The notes under the pieces are model-generated. The model worked only from the letters and a program-made list of their open reading frames with translations. It was not told where the DNA came from and did no database searches. DNA of 64,000 nucleotides from Vulcanimicrobiota bacterium (GTDB lineage Bacteria; Vulcanimicrobiota; Vulcanimicrobiia; Vulcanimicrobiales; Vulcanimicrobiaceae): the NCBI GenBank assembly GCA_963820825.1, contig CAWGBN010000006.1, forward strand, positions 352,001 through 416,000, given 5' to 3'. Below, in pieces: positions 38,015-48,252 of this stretch. Numbering within the stretch: position 1 is the stretch's first letter; every line of letters starts with the position of its first letter. The translations under genes were made by a program, and so were the position numbers.

Positions 38015-40324
38015 CTATTGCTGGTACATACTCGATACGGTCTCGCTGCGTCCATCGGAGATAATAGTAACGGCCGCGTTTTCGTCGGTGCGGTAGATCG
38101 TTGCGCCGGCGCGTTCGAGCGTAACGACGGTGGAGGGCGCCGGATGGCCGAACATATTGTGGCGCCCGACCGAGATGACCGCGTATCGCGGCTGCACGGC
38201 AGCGATAAACGCCGGCGTCGACGAGTAAGAAGAACCGTGATGGCCGACTTTGAGCACCGTGCAATGCAGATCGATCCCCTCCGCTAAGAAGCGCTCTTCT
38301 GCTGCGGCTCCGGCATCGCCGGTAAAGAACATGCAGAACGCGCCGTAGCGCAGCGTAAAGGCGAGGGAGTTTTCGTTGATGTCGTTGCGCGAGTTGCTGA
38401 TGAAGGGCAGCGACGGCCCGAGGAAGCGCAGTGCAATGCCGTCGTCCGTCTGCCAACTCGTGCCGGCGCGCGGATAGACGACCGGAACGGTCTCGCTCCG
38501 CGCCGTCGCAAGCGCATCCTGATAGGCATGTCCGGCATACCGTTGGCCGCCGTCGGCGAACGCGGCAACGCGCAGCCGTCGCAGCACCGGCGCGACGCCG
38601 CCCGCATGATCGCCGTGCGGATGGGAGAGAATGACGGCATCGAGCGAATGGATGCCGTGACGCAGCAGAAACGGCACGACGGTGCGCTCGCCGACCGCCT
38701 CGGCGACCGAACCGCCGGACTGAACGTTTCGTTCGAGACGGCCGCCCGCGTCGACGAGCACCGCGTGACCCCGCGGCGTCTGCACGACGATCGCATCGGC
38801 TTGCCCGACGTCGAGCACCGTAATTCGAAGGCGAGCGTCGAACGGTCGCGGCGGCCACAGCACGTACGACGTCGCAAGCGCGATAGCGGTGATCGCGAGC
38901 GTCGAAGCCCCGCGCCGCCAGAGCAGCGGAGCCGCGAGTAGCGCGGCGTCGTAGGCCGCCACGCACCACGGTGGCGGCGGGGTCATCGGAATCGCCGCGC
39001 CGGGCAGCGCGCTTATTGCGCGAACGACGGCGAGCATCCAGGCCAGCAGCCATGAGTTGAGATTGGCAAGGCCGGCGGCGAGCGGAGCGCACCATGCGAG
39101 CGCGAGCTGTGCGGCGCCGAGCGCCATCGTAGCCGCGACGCAGGGCACGACGGCGAAGTTCGCCGCAATCGCATACGGCGTGAACTGCAGAAAGACCGCG
39201 GCTCCCAACGGCCAGACGCCGATCTGCGTCGCGAGCGACAACACCAGCGCCTCGCGAATGCGATCGGGCAGGGCGAGACGCGCTTCGATCCAGCGTTCGA
39301 TCGGCGCGGCGCAGGCAAAGATCGCGCCGACGCACGAGAACGAGAGCGCGAACGAGGCGGTAGCAACGCTCATCGGCCGAGCGAAGCAGAGAACGAGCGC
39401 CGCGATCGCGAGCGCGTTCCACGAAAACGTTGCGCGACCGCACGCGCGCGCGGCAAGTGCCGCGGTCGCCATCGTTGCGGCGCGCATCGCCGGCAACTGC
39501 GCGCCGCTCCACCAAACGAAGAGCCACATCAACGCGACGGCTGCGAGGCAAGTCGCCCAACGCGGCAGCGCAAGCGCGGTGAGCAGCAACGCGCAGAGCG
39601 CGGCAACGGCGCCGAGATGCAGCCCCGCCGTTACCAAGACGTGCACCGTTCCGGTCTCTTGAAACTCCGCACGTAAGTCGGGCGGAAGGGCGGAGCGTTC
39701 GCCCCAAAGCTCACCGGCGAGCACCGACGCGGCCGGTTCGCCAAGTCCGTCGCGAAGCTGCGCCTGCGCCCAGGCGTGTGCGCGTGCGAGCGCGACGCGC
39801 GCGTCCCACGCACTCGTATCGCTCGCGCGTAGGATGCTCGCGGCGTCGAGCCGTCCGTCGAGGCCGCGCTCGCGCTCGATCTCCCGTTCGCTCGGCTCGT
39901 CGGGATTGCGCGCGTCGTCGAAGGGCTCGAGCCGCCCACGTACGACGACGCGCGTTCCGGCGGCTGGCGGCGCCGCGCGCACGCGCGCGAGCACGTGCAG
40001 CCCGTTATCGAGGGCGAGGGTAAGCGTCGCCGATCCGTCGTCCGCGCTCGAAGCGTCGAGCATCGTTGCGTCATACCGCGCGGTGCGCTCTTCGACGACG
40101 TTGCGGTTGAAGCGTTCGTGCAGCGCGGCATTCGCGGCCGCCGCGATCAGGACGACCGTCAAGGTCGGGACGAGCGGTGCGGGTAAGCGGCGCGAGAGGA
40201 CCCCGGCGCAGATCGCGCCGGCGACGAGGGCGGTGACGAGGCGCAGGTCGGGTCCGAGCGGCATTGTGGCCAGCGTTCCGAGTACTGCCGCGACCGCGCA
40301 GAGAAGAAGCGTGAACGAGGGCAT
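38015..40324 (-). CDS. comEC: DNA internalization competence protein ComEC/Rec2
   Basis: OB-like region, GTVHVLVTAGLH, ALSF, LDVGQAD, SHPHGDHAGG, KVGHHGS, FGHP. Confidence 0.93.
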   Translation of the reverse strand: MPSFTLLLCAVAAVLGTLATMPLGPDLRLVTALVAGAICAGVLSRRLPAPLVPTLTVVLIAAAANAALHERFNRNVVEERTARYDATMLDASSADDGSATLTLALDNGLHVLARVRAAPPAAGTRVVVRGRLEPFDDARNPDEPSEREIERERGLDGRLDAASILRASDTSAWDARVALARAHAWAQAQLRDGLGEPAASVLAGELWGERSALPPDLRAEFQETGTVHVLVTAGLHLGAVAALCALLLTALALPRWATCLAAVALMWLFVWWSGAQLPAMRAATMATAALAARACGRATFSWNALAIAALVLCFARPMSVATASFALSFSCVGAIFACAAPIERWIEARLALPDRIREALVLSLATQIGVWPLGAAVFLQFTPYAIAANFAVVPCVAATMALGAAQLALAWCAPLAAGLANLNSWLLAWMLAVVRAISALPGAAIPMTPPPPWCVAAYDAALLAAPLLWRRGASTLAITAIALATSYVLWPPRPFDARLRITVLDVGQADAIVVQTPRGHAVLVDAGGRLERNVQSGGSVAEAVGERTVVPFLLRHGIHSLDAVILSHPHGDHAGGVAPVLRRLRVAAFADGGQRYAGHAYQDALATARSETVPVVYPRAGTSWQTDDGIALRFLGPSLPFISNSRNDINENSLAFTLRYGAFCMFFTGDAGAAAEERFLAEGIDLHCTVLKVGHHGSSYSSTPAFIAAVQPRYAVISVGRHNMFGHPAPSTVVTLERAGATIYRTDENAAVTIISDGRSETVSSMYQQ

Positions 40325-40386
40325 TGCCGTTCTCCTGCGACGAGCCGGCACGCCGTCCAGAGTCGACGTTGCCGGAAAGGATCGCA

Positions 40387-41322
40387 GTGCGCATTATCAT
40401 TACCGGAGGTGCCGGGTTCATCGGATCGCACGTGGCCGACGCATACGCCGCCGCAGGCCACGAGCTGCTCGTAATCGACTCCTTATGGGAGCATGGCGGC
40501 GGGCGGCGCGCGAACGTGCGCAACGGCGTCTCGCTGGTTCATATGGATATCCGCGACGAGGCGATCGGCCGAATCTTCGCCGACTTCAAACCCGAGATTG
40601 TCAGCCATCACGCCGCGCAGCACTCGGTCGCAATCTCCTCGCGCGATCCGATCTACGACGCGCAAGTCAACGTCGTCGGATTGCTCAACGTGCTCGAGCA
40701 CGCGAGCCGCAACGGCGCGCGAAAGATCGTCTTCGCGTCGAGCGGTGCGACGTACGGCACGCCGGAGCGATTTCCGATTACCGAGGCGACGTCGCAGCGC
40801 CCGACCTCGCCATACGGCATCACCAAGATGGTCGCCGAGCACTACCTGCGCTTCTACCGCGAGAATCGGGAGCTCGACTTCACCGCGCTGCGCTACGGTA
40901 ACGTCTATGGGCCGCGCCAGGATCCCAACGGCGAGGCCGGCGTCATCTCGATTTTCATCGGAAAGTTTCTCTCGCGCGAGCCCGTTCGCATCGATTGGGA
41001 CGGCGAGCAAACGCGCGATTACGTCTTCGTCTCGGACGTTGCGAACGCCAACCTCGCCGCGCTCGAACGGGGTTCGGGTGGGGCCTACGTGATCGGCACC
41101 GGCCGCAAGACCAGCGTGAACGAGATCTATCGCGCGCTGGTCGGCATCGCCGGATACGAGGTGCCGGTCGTCCGCGCGCCACAACGCCCCGGCGATGCCC
41201 GCGAGGCGCAATTCGATTCGTCGCTGGCAAAGGCCGAGTTGGGCTGGTCGCCGGCGACGTCGCTGACCGACGGGATCGCCGCAACCTACGAATACTTCGA
41301 GCGGCTTCCGCCCGGGTTCTAA
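40387..41322 (+). CDS. NAD-dependent epimerase/dehydratase (UDP-glucose 4-epimerase-like)
   Basis: TGGAGFIGSH, YGITK, RYGNVYGPRQ, GEQTRDYV. Confidence 0.92.
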   Translation: MRIIITGGAGFIGSHVADAYAAAGHELLVIDSLWEHGGGRRANVRNGVSLVHMDIRDEAIGRIFADFKPEIVSHHAAQHSVAISSRDPIYDAQVNVVGLLNVLEHASRNGARKIVFASSGATYGTPERFPITEATSQRPTSPYGITKMVAEHYLRFYRENRELDFTALRYGNVYGPRQDPNGEAGVISIFIGKFLSREPVRIDWDGEQTRDYVFVSDVANANLAALERGSGGAYVIGTGRKTSVNEIYRALVGIAGYEVPVVRAPQRPGDAREAQFDSSLAKAELGWSPATSLTDGIAATYEYFERLPPGF

Positions 41323-41331
41323 TCATCCCCG

Positions 41332-43017
41332 ATGGAGCGCTTTGCGGCGACCGCCCAAGCGATCGCGTCGCACTCCGCCAAGCTCGAAAAGATTGCGCGT
41401 GCTCGCCGAGTATCTCCACGGGCTCGACGACGCAGATCTCCTTGCGGCTACGCGCTTCTTCACCGGCACGCCCTTTGCGGCGCGCGATCACCGCACGCTC
41501 TGCGTCGGTGGCAGGACGATCGTCGAGGTCGCGCGCCGCGTCTGGGGATTCGACGACGAGCGGCTCGGCGCGAGCTATCGCGCGACCGGCGACCTCGGCG
41601 CCGCGCTCGGGCACGCTCGCGCGTCTGCCGCGCGACGCGATGCTCTTCGCCGATCGTCTAACGCCGGCGTCGCTGACGCGCTCTTCGGCGAGATCGCCGC
41701 GGCCTCGGGCAAACGCGCGAGCAAACGTCGCGAAGCGGTGCTGCGAACGGATCTTGCGCGCGTGCGACGATCCGCTCGTCGCGACGTACGTGGTGAAGAT
41801 CGTCACCGGCGATCTGCGGGTCGGATTGCGCGAAGGCCTCGTGCTCGATGCGATCGCCAAGGCGTTCGATGCCGGTGCCGGCGCCGTGCGCCGCGGCGTC
41901 GATGGTCGGCCGGCGACGTCGGAGCGGTCGCACTCGCCGCCGCACGGCTCGCTCGACGAGCTTCGCGTCGCCTACGACACGCCGATCGGATTCATGCTCG
42001 CGACGCCGATCGCATACGGCGATGCGTACAAGGAGCTTGCCGGTGCGCGTGGCACTTCGAGGACAAGTACGACGGCATTCGCGCGCAGGCGCACGTGCGC
42101 CGGCGGTACGGTGCGGCTCTTTTCGCGCCGGCTCAACGACGTGACGGACTCGTATCCGGAGATCGTCGCGACGCGCTCGCCGCCGCGCGGGGCGACGCGA
42201 TCTTCGACGGCGAGATCGTCGCCATGCGCGACGGCCGGGCCTTGCCGTTTCGTTCCTTCAAGCGCGGCTCCAACGGAAGGATGCTCGACGAATCGCTGCT
42301 GCAGCGACGTCCCGATCGCATACGTCGTCTTCGACGTGCTCGCCGCCGGCGACGAGCTCTTGCTCGACGAGCCGCTGGCCGTGCGTCGCGAGCGTCTCGC
42401 CGATCTCGTCGTGCCGAGCGCGCACCTCGTGCTCGCGCCGTTTGAAACGCAAGATCGAAAGCGCCGCCGCCGACGTGAACGCGCGCTTCGAGTCGGCGCG
42501 TGCGCGCGGCAACGAAGGCCTCGTGCTCAAGCGCGCCGACGCGCCGTACGCACCGGGGCGGCGCGGCAAGTGGTGGCTCAAGCTCAAACGCGAGCTCTCG
42601 ACGCTCGACGTGGTCGTCGTCGCCGTCGAATGGGGGCACGGCAAGCGTGCCAACGTGCTCTCCGACTATACGTTCGCGGTGCGCGGTGACGACGACCGTT
42701 TGGAGACGATCGGAAAAGCCTACTCGGGCTTAACCGATGCGGAGATCGCGCAGCTGACGCAATGGTTCTTAGCGCACCGATTGCCGGTGAGCGAGCAACG
42801 CGAAAAGGCGCGTGCGTGGGAGCTGCCCGTCGAGCCGAGGATGGTGCTCGAGGTCGCATTCGACGTTATCCAAGAGAGCGATCTGCACGAGAGCGGCTTC
42901 TCACTGCGCTTTCCGCGGATCGTGCGCGTTCGCGACGATAAGCCGCCCGAAGAGATCGATACGACCGATCGCGTCCGGGAGATTTATCGCGAGATGCTCG
43001 AACGCGAAAAGGGATGA
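41332..43017 (+). CDS. ATP-dependent DNA ligase, split by many frameshifts (probable sequencing errors)
   Basis: Motifs spread across frames: TGDLG, GDLRVGL, EDKYDGIRAQ, DGEIV, FDVL, EGLVLK, WLKLK, LRFPRI. Confidence 0.85.
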
Positions 43018-43041
43018 GCGGCTACGGCGACCCGTGTACGT

Positions 43042-43455
43042 TTAGCTCGGTTTGATAACGCTGCAGACGAGGACTCGTGCTGCCGTGCTGCGGACGATCA
43101 AGACGTAGGTGCCGCCGGTCAGCGGGGCGATCGGAACGGAGACGTGCGCGCGCGCACCCTTCTTTCCGTCGAAGCTCGCGATCGCGTTCGGATCGCGCGG
43201 TCGAAAGCACGTCCCGTGCGCCAAGAAGAGATCGTAGATCCCCTGGGAAAACGGCCGCTCAATCGAAAGGATGATCTCACTGCCTCCGGTCGGTCGACAG
43301 CGGCCATCGCAGTGGGTCGATTCGAAGACGTCGGCGCGTGCGACGACCGTCGTGCCGGCTTTAAGGACAACCTCGGTCCGCTGCGCCCAGGGTCCCGCGC
43401 ATCCGGAGACCAGCGCGACGACGACGAGCGCAATACGGATTCGCGCTACTTCCAA
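43042..43455 (-). CDS. Hypothetical lipoprotein
   Basis: RIRIALVVVALVSGC lipobox; several Cys/His residues. Confidence 0.55.
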   Translation of the reverse strand: MEVARIRIALVVVALVSGCAGPWAQRTEVVLKAGTTVVARADVFESTHCDGRCRPTGGSEIILSIERPFSQGIYDLFLAHGTCFRPRDPNAIASFDGKKGARAHVSVPIAPLTGGTYVLIVRSTAARVLVCSVIKPS

Positions 43456-44411
43456 CTAATGACGATCAGACCGTCGCCGGTAGCGTTCTTCCACCCGCTC
43501 CAAGTACGCGACTTGGTCGCGCTCGGCTCGACGTACGAGGATCCGCCGCCGCCGCCGGCGGCACTGAGCCCCTGCGAGGGCCAGCCGCCGGAACCGCCGC
43601 CGCCGCCCCCGCCGAAGAATCCGCCGCCACCGCCGCCGCCGCCGCCGTTGCAGCCGCTATAACCGGCGGCCTCGCCTCCGACGCCGCCGTGATGCAGGGC
43701 CCCACGCTTTCCTGGATCGCCGTTGTCGCTTGGGTAAATGCCGGCGCCGCCTTTACCGCCCGCACCTCCAGCGGTCTGCGTGCCGCCGGAACCGCCGCCG
43801 CCCGAAGCGCTGCCGCCGGTGCCGCCGGCGTCTCCGCCGCCTTTGCCTCCGGCACCGGGCGAGAAACCGCTGCCGCTATCGGAGCCGATGCCTCCCGACC
43901 CCCCGCCGCCGGCCGCGACGAGGATGCGATCGTTGAGCCGGTCTCCGCCGACCCGCAGATCGGACGATCCGCCGCCGCCGCGTCCGTCGCTTCTGCGGCA
44001 ATACCCCGAGTCTGGAGCTACTCCGCCGCCGCCGTTCGCACCGCCGTTGAAGCCGCCCATCGAACCCGAGCCGGCGCCTCCGACGAAGACCAAGACTTTT
44101 TCGCCCGCAGCTACCGGCAGAATCGCGTAGACGCGGCCGCCGTTGCCGCCGTCGGCACCGCGGACGTAGAGCCGTTTCGAACTCGCCCCCGCGCCGCCGC
44201 GCGCCACGACCGTGATGCTCGTCACGCCGGCCGGCACTTTGAACGTCTGCTCTTTGCCGGTGTAAGAGAACGTGTGGGCTCCGGAGGTCGAGCTAGGCGC
44301 GCCGACTGTCGGTATGTCGCCCTGAGCCTGTCGAAGGGCGCCGCATCCCGCGAGCATCGCGACGGCGGTGAAAAAACCGAGGTGATAGCGTCCAAGAGTT
44401 GCAACGTTCAT
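43446..44411 (-). CDS. Glycine-rich-domain lipoprotein
   Basis: MLAGC lipobox, YTGKEQTFKVPAGV, RILVAAGGGG, long GGG tracts, GGGGSSY, GDGLIVISW. Confidence 0.8.
   Translation of the reverse strand: MNVATLGRYHLGFFTAVAMLAGCGALRQAQGDIPTVGAPSSTSGAHTFSYTGKEQTFKVPAGVTSITVVARGGAGASSKRLYVRGADGGNGGRVYAILPVAAGEKVLVFVGGAGSGSMGGFNGGANGGGGVAPDSGYCRRSDGRGGGGSSDLRVGGDRLNDRILVAAGGGGSGGIGSDSGSGFSPGAGGKGGGDAGGTGGSASGGGGSGGTQTAGGAGGKGGAGIYPSDNGDPGKRGALHHGGVGGEAAGYSGCNGGGGGGGGGFFGGGGGGGSGGWPSQGLSAAGGGGGSSYVEPSATKSRTWSGWKNATGDGLIVISWK
44315..44340. repeat. REP-like palindromic element, short form, in frame in a lipoprotein
   Basis: TGTCGCCCTGAGCCTGTCGAAGGGCG; encodes ALRQAQGD on the minus strand. Confidence 0.65.
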
Positions 44412-44444
44412 TTTTGCTCCAATCTCGTTGCGAACGCGATTGCT

Positions 44445-45680
44445 CTACTTAGTATACACGTCCGGGGTGTGGACGTGCTCGGGGCGGACGCCCATGCCGA
44501 TGAGTCGCGCGGGAAGTCGGCGCAGCCTTGGAAACTCGTCAAGCAGGCGCAGCAGTAGCGGCGGAGCGTTAACTTGGGCGCCGTGCAGCACCGGATCGAT
44601 CGCTTTGTCCTGGATAAAGACCTGGAACGCCTGCGTGACCTTCGTCGGAAACATCCGGCGATCTTGAACGCGCTGCAAGTCCGACTCCTTGGGGATCTTA
44701 CCATCGCGTAGCGGTTGCGCTAAAATGTTTGCAGTCGCGACCGCATCTTGAATCGCCAGATTGATGCCGATGCCGCCGATCGGCGACATCGCGTGGGCGG
44801 AGTCGCCGATGCAGAGCAGACCTGGCCGATGCCAGCGTTCGAGCCGGTCGACGCGCACTTCGAGCATCGAGATCTTCGACCAATCGTCGAGCAGTGCGAC
44901 GCGGTCGGCGAGCACCGGCACCATTTCGACGAGTGCGCGTTGCAGTACGCCGATTCCGGCGGCCTTCAGATCCTCGAAGCCGCCCTTGCGGATAATGTAG
45001 GCGCATTGCCAGTAATCGCCGCGATCGAGCATGACGAGTAAGTGACCGGTGGCGACGGTCCCCAACTGCCGAACGGGATCGTCGGCATGTTTGGGGAGGC
45101 GCATCCAGAGCACGTCCATCGGTGCACCGAGGTCGTCGATGGCCAACCCCGCCAAGTCTCGAATCGTCGAATGACGGCCGTCGGCGCCGACAACGAGCTT
45201 CGCAGCGATTGCGATTTCGCCGTTCGGTGTCTTTGCGCGCACGCCGGTGACGCGCCCATCGCTTTCGATCAAGCCGTCGCCGTCCGTTTCCATCATGAGA
45301 TGAAAGGACGGATAACGACGGCCGCGTTCGACAAGGAAGTTCAAGAAGTCCCACTGCGGCATGAGCGCGACGAACTTGCAATGCGTCGGGAGATGGCTCA
45401 GATCGGCGACCTGCACCGTCTCGCCGGCGATGTTCGCGCTGACGGTGCGAATCTCGTTATGCGCAAGGGCGAGGAAATCGTCGAGCCAACCCAGCTCGTA
45501 GAGCAATTGCAGCGTCGAGGGATGGACCGTATCGCCGCGGAAGTCGCGGAAGAAATCTCGATGCTTCTCCAGCACGGTGACGTCGACACCGGCGCGCGCG
45601 AGCAGGACGCCGAGCATCACGCCGCAGGGTCCGCCGCCGACGATGCAGACGCCGGTGGTAACGTTTGGTGCGGCGTTCAT
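44445..45680 (-). CDS. FAD-dependent oxidoreductase (UbiH-like monooxygenase fold)
   Basis: IVGGGPCG, RDFRGD, GADGRHS, IGDSAHAMSPIGGIGINLAIQDA. Confidence 0.9.
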   Translation of the reverse strand: MNAAPNVTTGVCIVGGGPCGVMLGVLLARAGVDVTVLEKHRDFFRDFRGDTVHPSTLQLLYELGWLDDFLALAHNEIRTVSANIAGETVQVADLSHLPTHCKFVALMPQWDFLNFLVERGRRYPSFHLMMETDGDGLIESDGRVTGVRAKTPNGEIAIAAKLVVGADGRHSTIRDLAGLAIDDLGAPMDVLWMRLPKHADDPVRQLGTVATGHLLVMLDRGDYWQCAYIIRKGGFEDLKAAGIGVLQRALVEMVPVLADRVALLDDWSKISMLEVRVDRLERWHRPGLLCIGDSAHAMSPIGGIGINLAIQDAVATANILAQPLRDGKIPKESDLQRVQDRRMFPTKVTQAFQVFIQDKAIDPVLHGAQVNAPPLLLRLLDEFPRLRRLPARLIGMGVRPEHVHTPDVYTK

Positions 45681-48187
45681 GCCGCCACCACGTTGAGCAG
45701 CTTATCGGCCACGAAGATTCGCTTCCGAATCTCCTTGCCGTCGAGATGCGCGCGCACGTTCGGGTCGGCCATCGCCAGTTCCATCGCCGCTTCCTCGCCG
45801 ATTCCGGCCGGAGCCGCGATCCGCGCTCGCACCTTGCCGTTGACTTGCACCACTAAGGTAATCTCCTCGACCGCAAGCGCACGTTCGTCCGGCTCCGGAT
45901 ATCGTTCGAGATGAACCGACGTCGCGTGGCCGTATCTTTCCCAAAGTTCCTCTGCGATATGCGGAGCGAACGGAGCGATGAGGACCGGCAGCACGCTTGC
46001 GGCATAGATGAGTGCCGGCGACGGGGGCGCTGCGGCCGCCGCAGTCATCAGATTCACCAACTCGTCGAGCTTTGCGATCGTGGTGTTGTAGTGGAAGCGG
46101 CGTGAGAGCGTTTCGTCCGTTGCCGATTTGGCAACCACATGCACGGCGCGCAGCAGCGCTTTCTCTTCCGCGGTGCCGGCGTCGGGCAGCGTCCTTTCGC
46201 CCTTCGACTCCGCGCCCTTCGACGAGCTCAGGGCGCTTCGCTCAGGACGACACAAAGCTAACGGTTCGCAGGCGCGCCAGATGCGGTTGAGCAGTCGCAC
46301 GCGTCCGCTGATCCCGTCGTCGGTCCAGTTACTCGTCTCTTCGGGCGGCGTTACGTAGAGCAGGAAGAGGCGCATCGCGTCGACGCCGTTGCGCTCGGCC
46401 GTCTCGTCGATGCCGACGACGTTGCCGCGCGATTTCGACATCTTCTCGCCGTCGCGCAGCAGCAGACCCTGATGGAAGAGCCGTTGGAACGGCTCGTCGG
46501 GTCCGCTCACCCAGCCCTGGTCGTGAAAGAACTTGTAGAAGAAGCGCGAGTAGAGCAGATGGAGCACGGCGTGCTCGGCGCCGCCGATATACTGATCGAC
46601 ATTCATCCAATGCGCCGCGCGCTGCGGATCCCACGGGGCCGCGTCGTTGTGCGGATCGAGATAGCGCAAGAAGTACCACGAAGATTCGAAGAAGGTGTCC
46701 ATCGTATCGGTCTCGCGTCGCGCGGGGCCGCCGCATTTGGGACAAGTGGTCTCGACGAACTCCGCAATCGCGGCGAGCGAGGAGCTCTGACCCGCGACGT
46801 GCTCGCGCGGCGGGAGCATAATCGGCAGCTCTTGCTCGGGCACGGCGACTTCGCCGCAGGCGGAGCAGTGCACGATCGGAATCGGCGTGCCCCAATAACG
46901 CTGACGCGAGATCAGCCAATCGCGCAGCTTGTAGTTCACGCTCTTCGCGCCGATTCCGAGCGCGACGAGACGATCGGCGATCGCATCGCGCGCCCGCGCG
47001 CTCGACATTTCGCTGTACTCTTCGCTCGCAATCAATCGGCCGTCCTCGACGTATGGCGATCCGAGCGGCACGACGACGGCTTCGTTCGGCGGGACGATGA
47101 CCTGCGCGACCGCAAGCCCGTGGCGCTTCGCGAAATCGAAATCGCGCTCGTCGTGTGCCGGAACCCCCATGACCGCACCGCCGCCGTACTCGGCGAGCAC
47201 GTAGTTCGTCAGCCAGATCGGGACGCGCTCGCGCGTCAGCGGATGGATCGCGTGCGCGCCGGTAAAGATTCCCGTCTTCTCCATCAAGCTCGTTCGCTCG
47301 AGCTCCGATTTCGACTTCAAACTCGCCGCGAACGCGTCGATCGCTGCGGAATGCTCGGCCGAAACGGTGCCCTTGATGGCGTCGACGATTCGGTGCTCGG
47401 GCGCAACGGCGAGAAAGGTGACGCCGTAGAGCGTATCGAGGCGCGTCGTAAAGACCTCGATCGACGCCTCGAGTCCTTCGACCGCGAAAGCGACGGTTGC
47501 GCCATCGCTGCGCCCGATCCAATTGCGCTGCATCGTTCGCGTGCGCTCCGGCCAGCCGCCGAGCTTTTCGAGGTCGGCCAACAAGCGATCGGCGTAATCG
47601 GTGATGCGTAAGAACCACTGCGAGAGGTTGCGCCGCTCCACGAAGTGCGCGCAGCGCCAGCAGCGCCCGTCGACGACTTGCTCGTTTGCAAGCACGGTTC
47701 GATCGTGCGGGCACCAGTTGACCGGCGCCTCGCGTTTGTACGCGAGTCCGTGACGGAAGAGCGTAAGAAAGAGCCATTGATTCCAGCGGTAGTACTCCGG
47801 CTCGCACGTAGCGATCTCGCGCGACCAGTCGTAACTGGTGCCCATCAGACGAATCTGCCGGCGCATGTTGAGGATGTTCTCGGCGGTCCACGCGGCCGGA
47901 TCGATACCCCGATCGATTGCCGCGTTCTCAGCCGGCAGGCCGAACGCGTCCCAGCCCATCGGATGGAGGACGTTGTAGCCGAGCATTCGCATCATCCGCG
48001 CGACCGCGTCGCCGAGGGTGTAGTTCTTCGCATGGCCGACGTGCAGATCGCCCGACGGATACGGAAGCATCTCCATGGCATAGTACTTGGGCTCGTCGCT
48101 CTCGTCGGGCGCGCGATAGAGGCGCTCGCTCTCCCAGCGGCGTTGCCATTTCTGCTCGATCGGCGCGAACTCGTACATGACGAGCAT
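45677..48187 (-). CDS. leuS: Leucyl-tRNA synthetase
   Basis: PYPSGDLHVGH, GWDAFGLPAENAA, SRQRYWG, YIGGAEHA, KMSKS, VQVNGKVR; start at 48187 or 48178. Confidence 0.96.
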   Translation of the reverse strand: MLVMYEFAPIEQKWQRRWESERLYRAPDESDEPKYYAMEMLPYPSGDLHVGHAKNYTLGDAVARMMRMLGYNVLHPMGWDAFGLPAENAAIDRGIDPAAWTAENILNMRRQIRLMGTSYDWSREIATCEPEYYRWNQWLFLTLFRHGLAYKREAPVNWCPHDRTVLANEQVVDGRCWRCAHFVERRNLSQWFLRITDYADRLLADLEKLGGWPERTRTMQRNWIGRSDGATVAFAVEGLEASIEVFTTRLDTLYGVTFLAVAPEHRIVDAIKGTVSAEHSAAIDAFAASLKSKSELERTSLMEKTGIFTGAHAIHPLTRERVPIWLTNYVLAEYGGGAVMGVPAHDERDFDFAKRHGLAVAQVIVPPNEAVVVPLGSPYVEDGRLIASEEYSEMSSARARDAIADRLVALGIGAKSVNYKLRDWLISRQRYWGTPIPIVHCSACGEVAVPEQELPIMLPPREHVAGQSSSLAAIAEFVETTCPKCGGPARRETDTMDTFFESSWYFLRYLDPHNDAAPWDPQRAAHWMNVDQYIGGAEHAVLHLLYSRFFYKFFHDQGWVSGPDEPFQRLFHQGLLLRDGEKMSKSRGNVVGIDETAERNGVDAMRLFLLYVTPPEETSNWTDDGISGRVRLLNRIWRACEPLALCRPERSALSSSKGAESKGERTLPDAGTAEEKALLRAVHVVAKSATDETLSRRFHYNTTIAKLDELVNLMTAAAAAPPSPALIYAASVLPVLIAPFAPHIAEELWERYGHATSVHLERYPEPDERALAVEEITLVVQVNGKVRARIAAPAGIGEEAAMELAMADPNVRAHLDGKEIRKRIFVADKLLNVVAA
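46200..46253. repeat. Nested REP-like element inserted in frame in leuS
   Basis: CCCTTCGACTCC[GCGCCCTTCGACGAGCTCAGGGCGC]TTCGCTCAGGACGACAC; encodes CRPERSALSSSKGAESKG. Confidence 0.75.
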
Positions 48188-48252
48188 CGTACACGCTCGG
48201 CGCATCTCGCCGCTACCCTTTCGGCCGGCACCCCCGCGCGTGATAGAACCGC

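Noticed and set aside
43500..44200. CCG/GCC tandem tracts as a DNA repeat or CRISPR array
   Set aside because: They are glycine codons of the Gly-rich protein; no repeat-spacer periodicity
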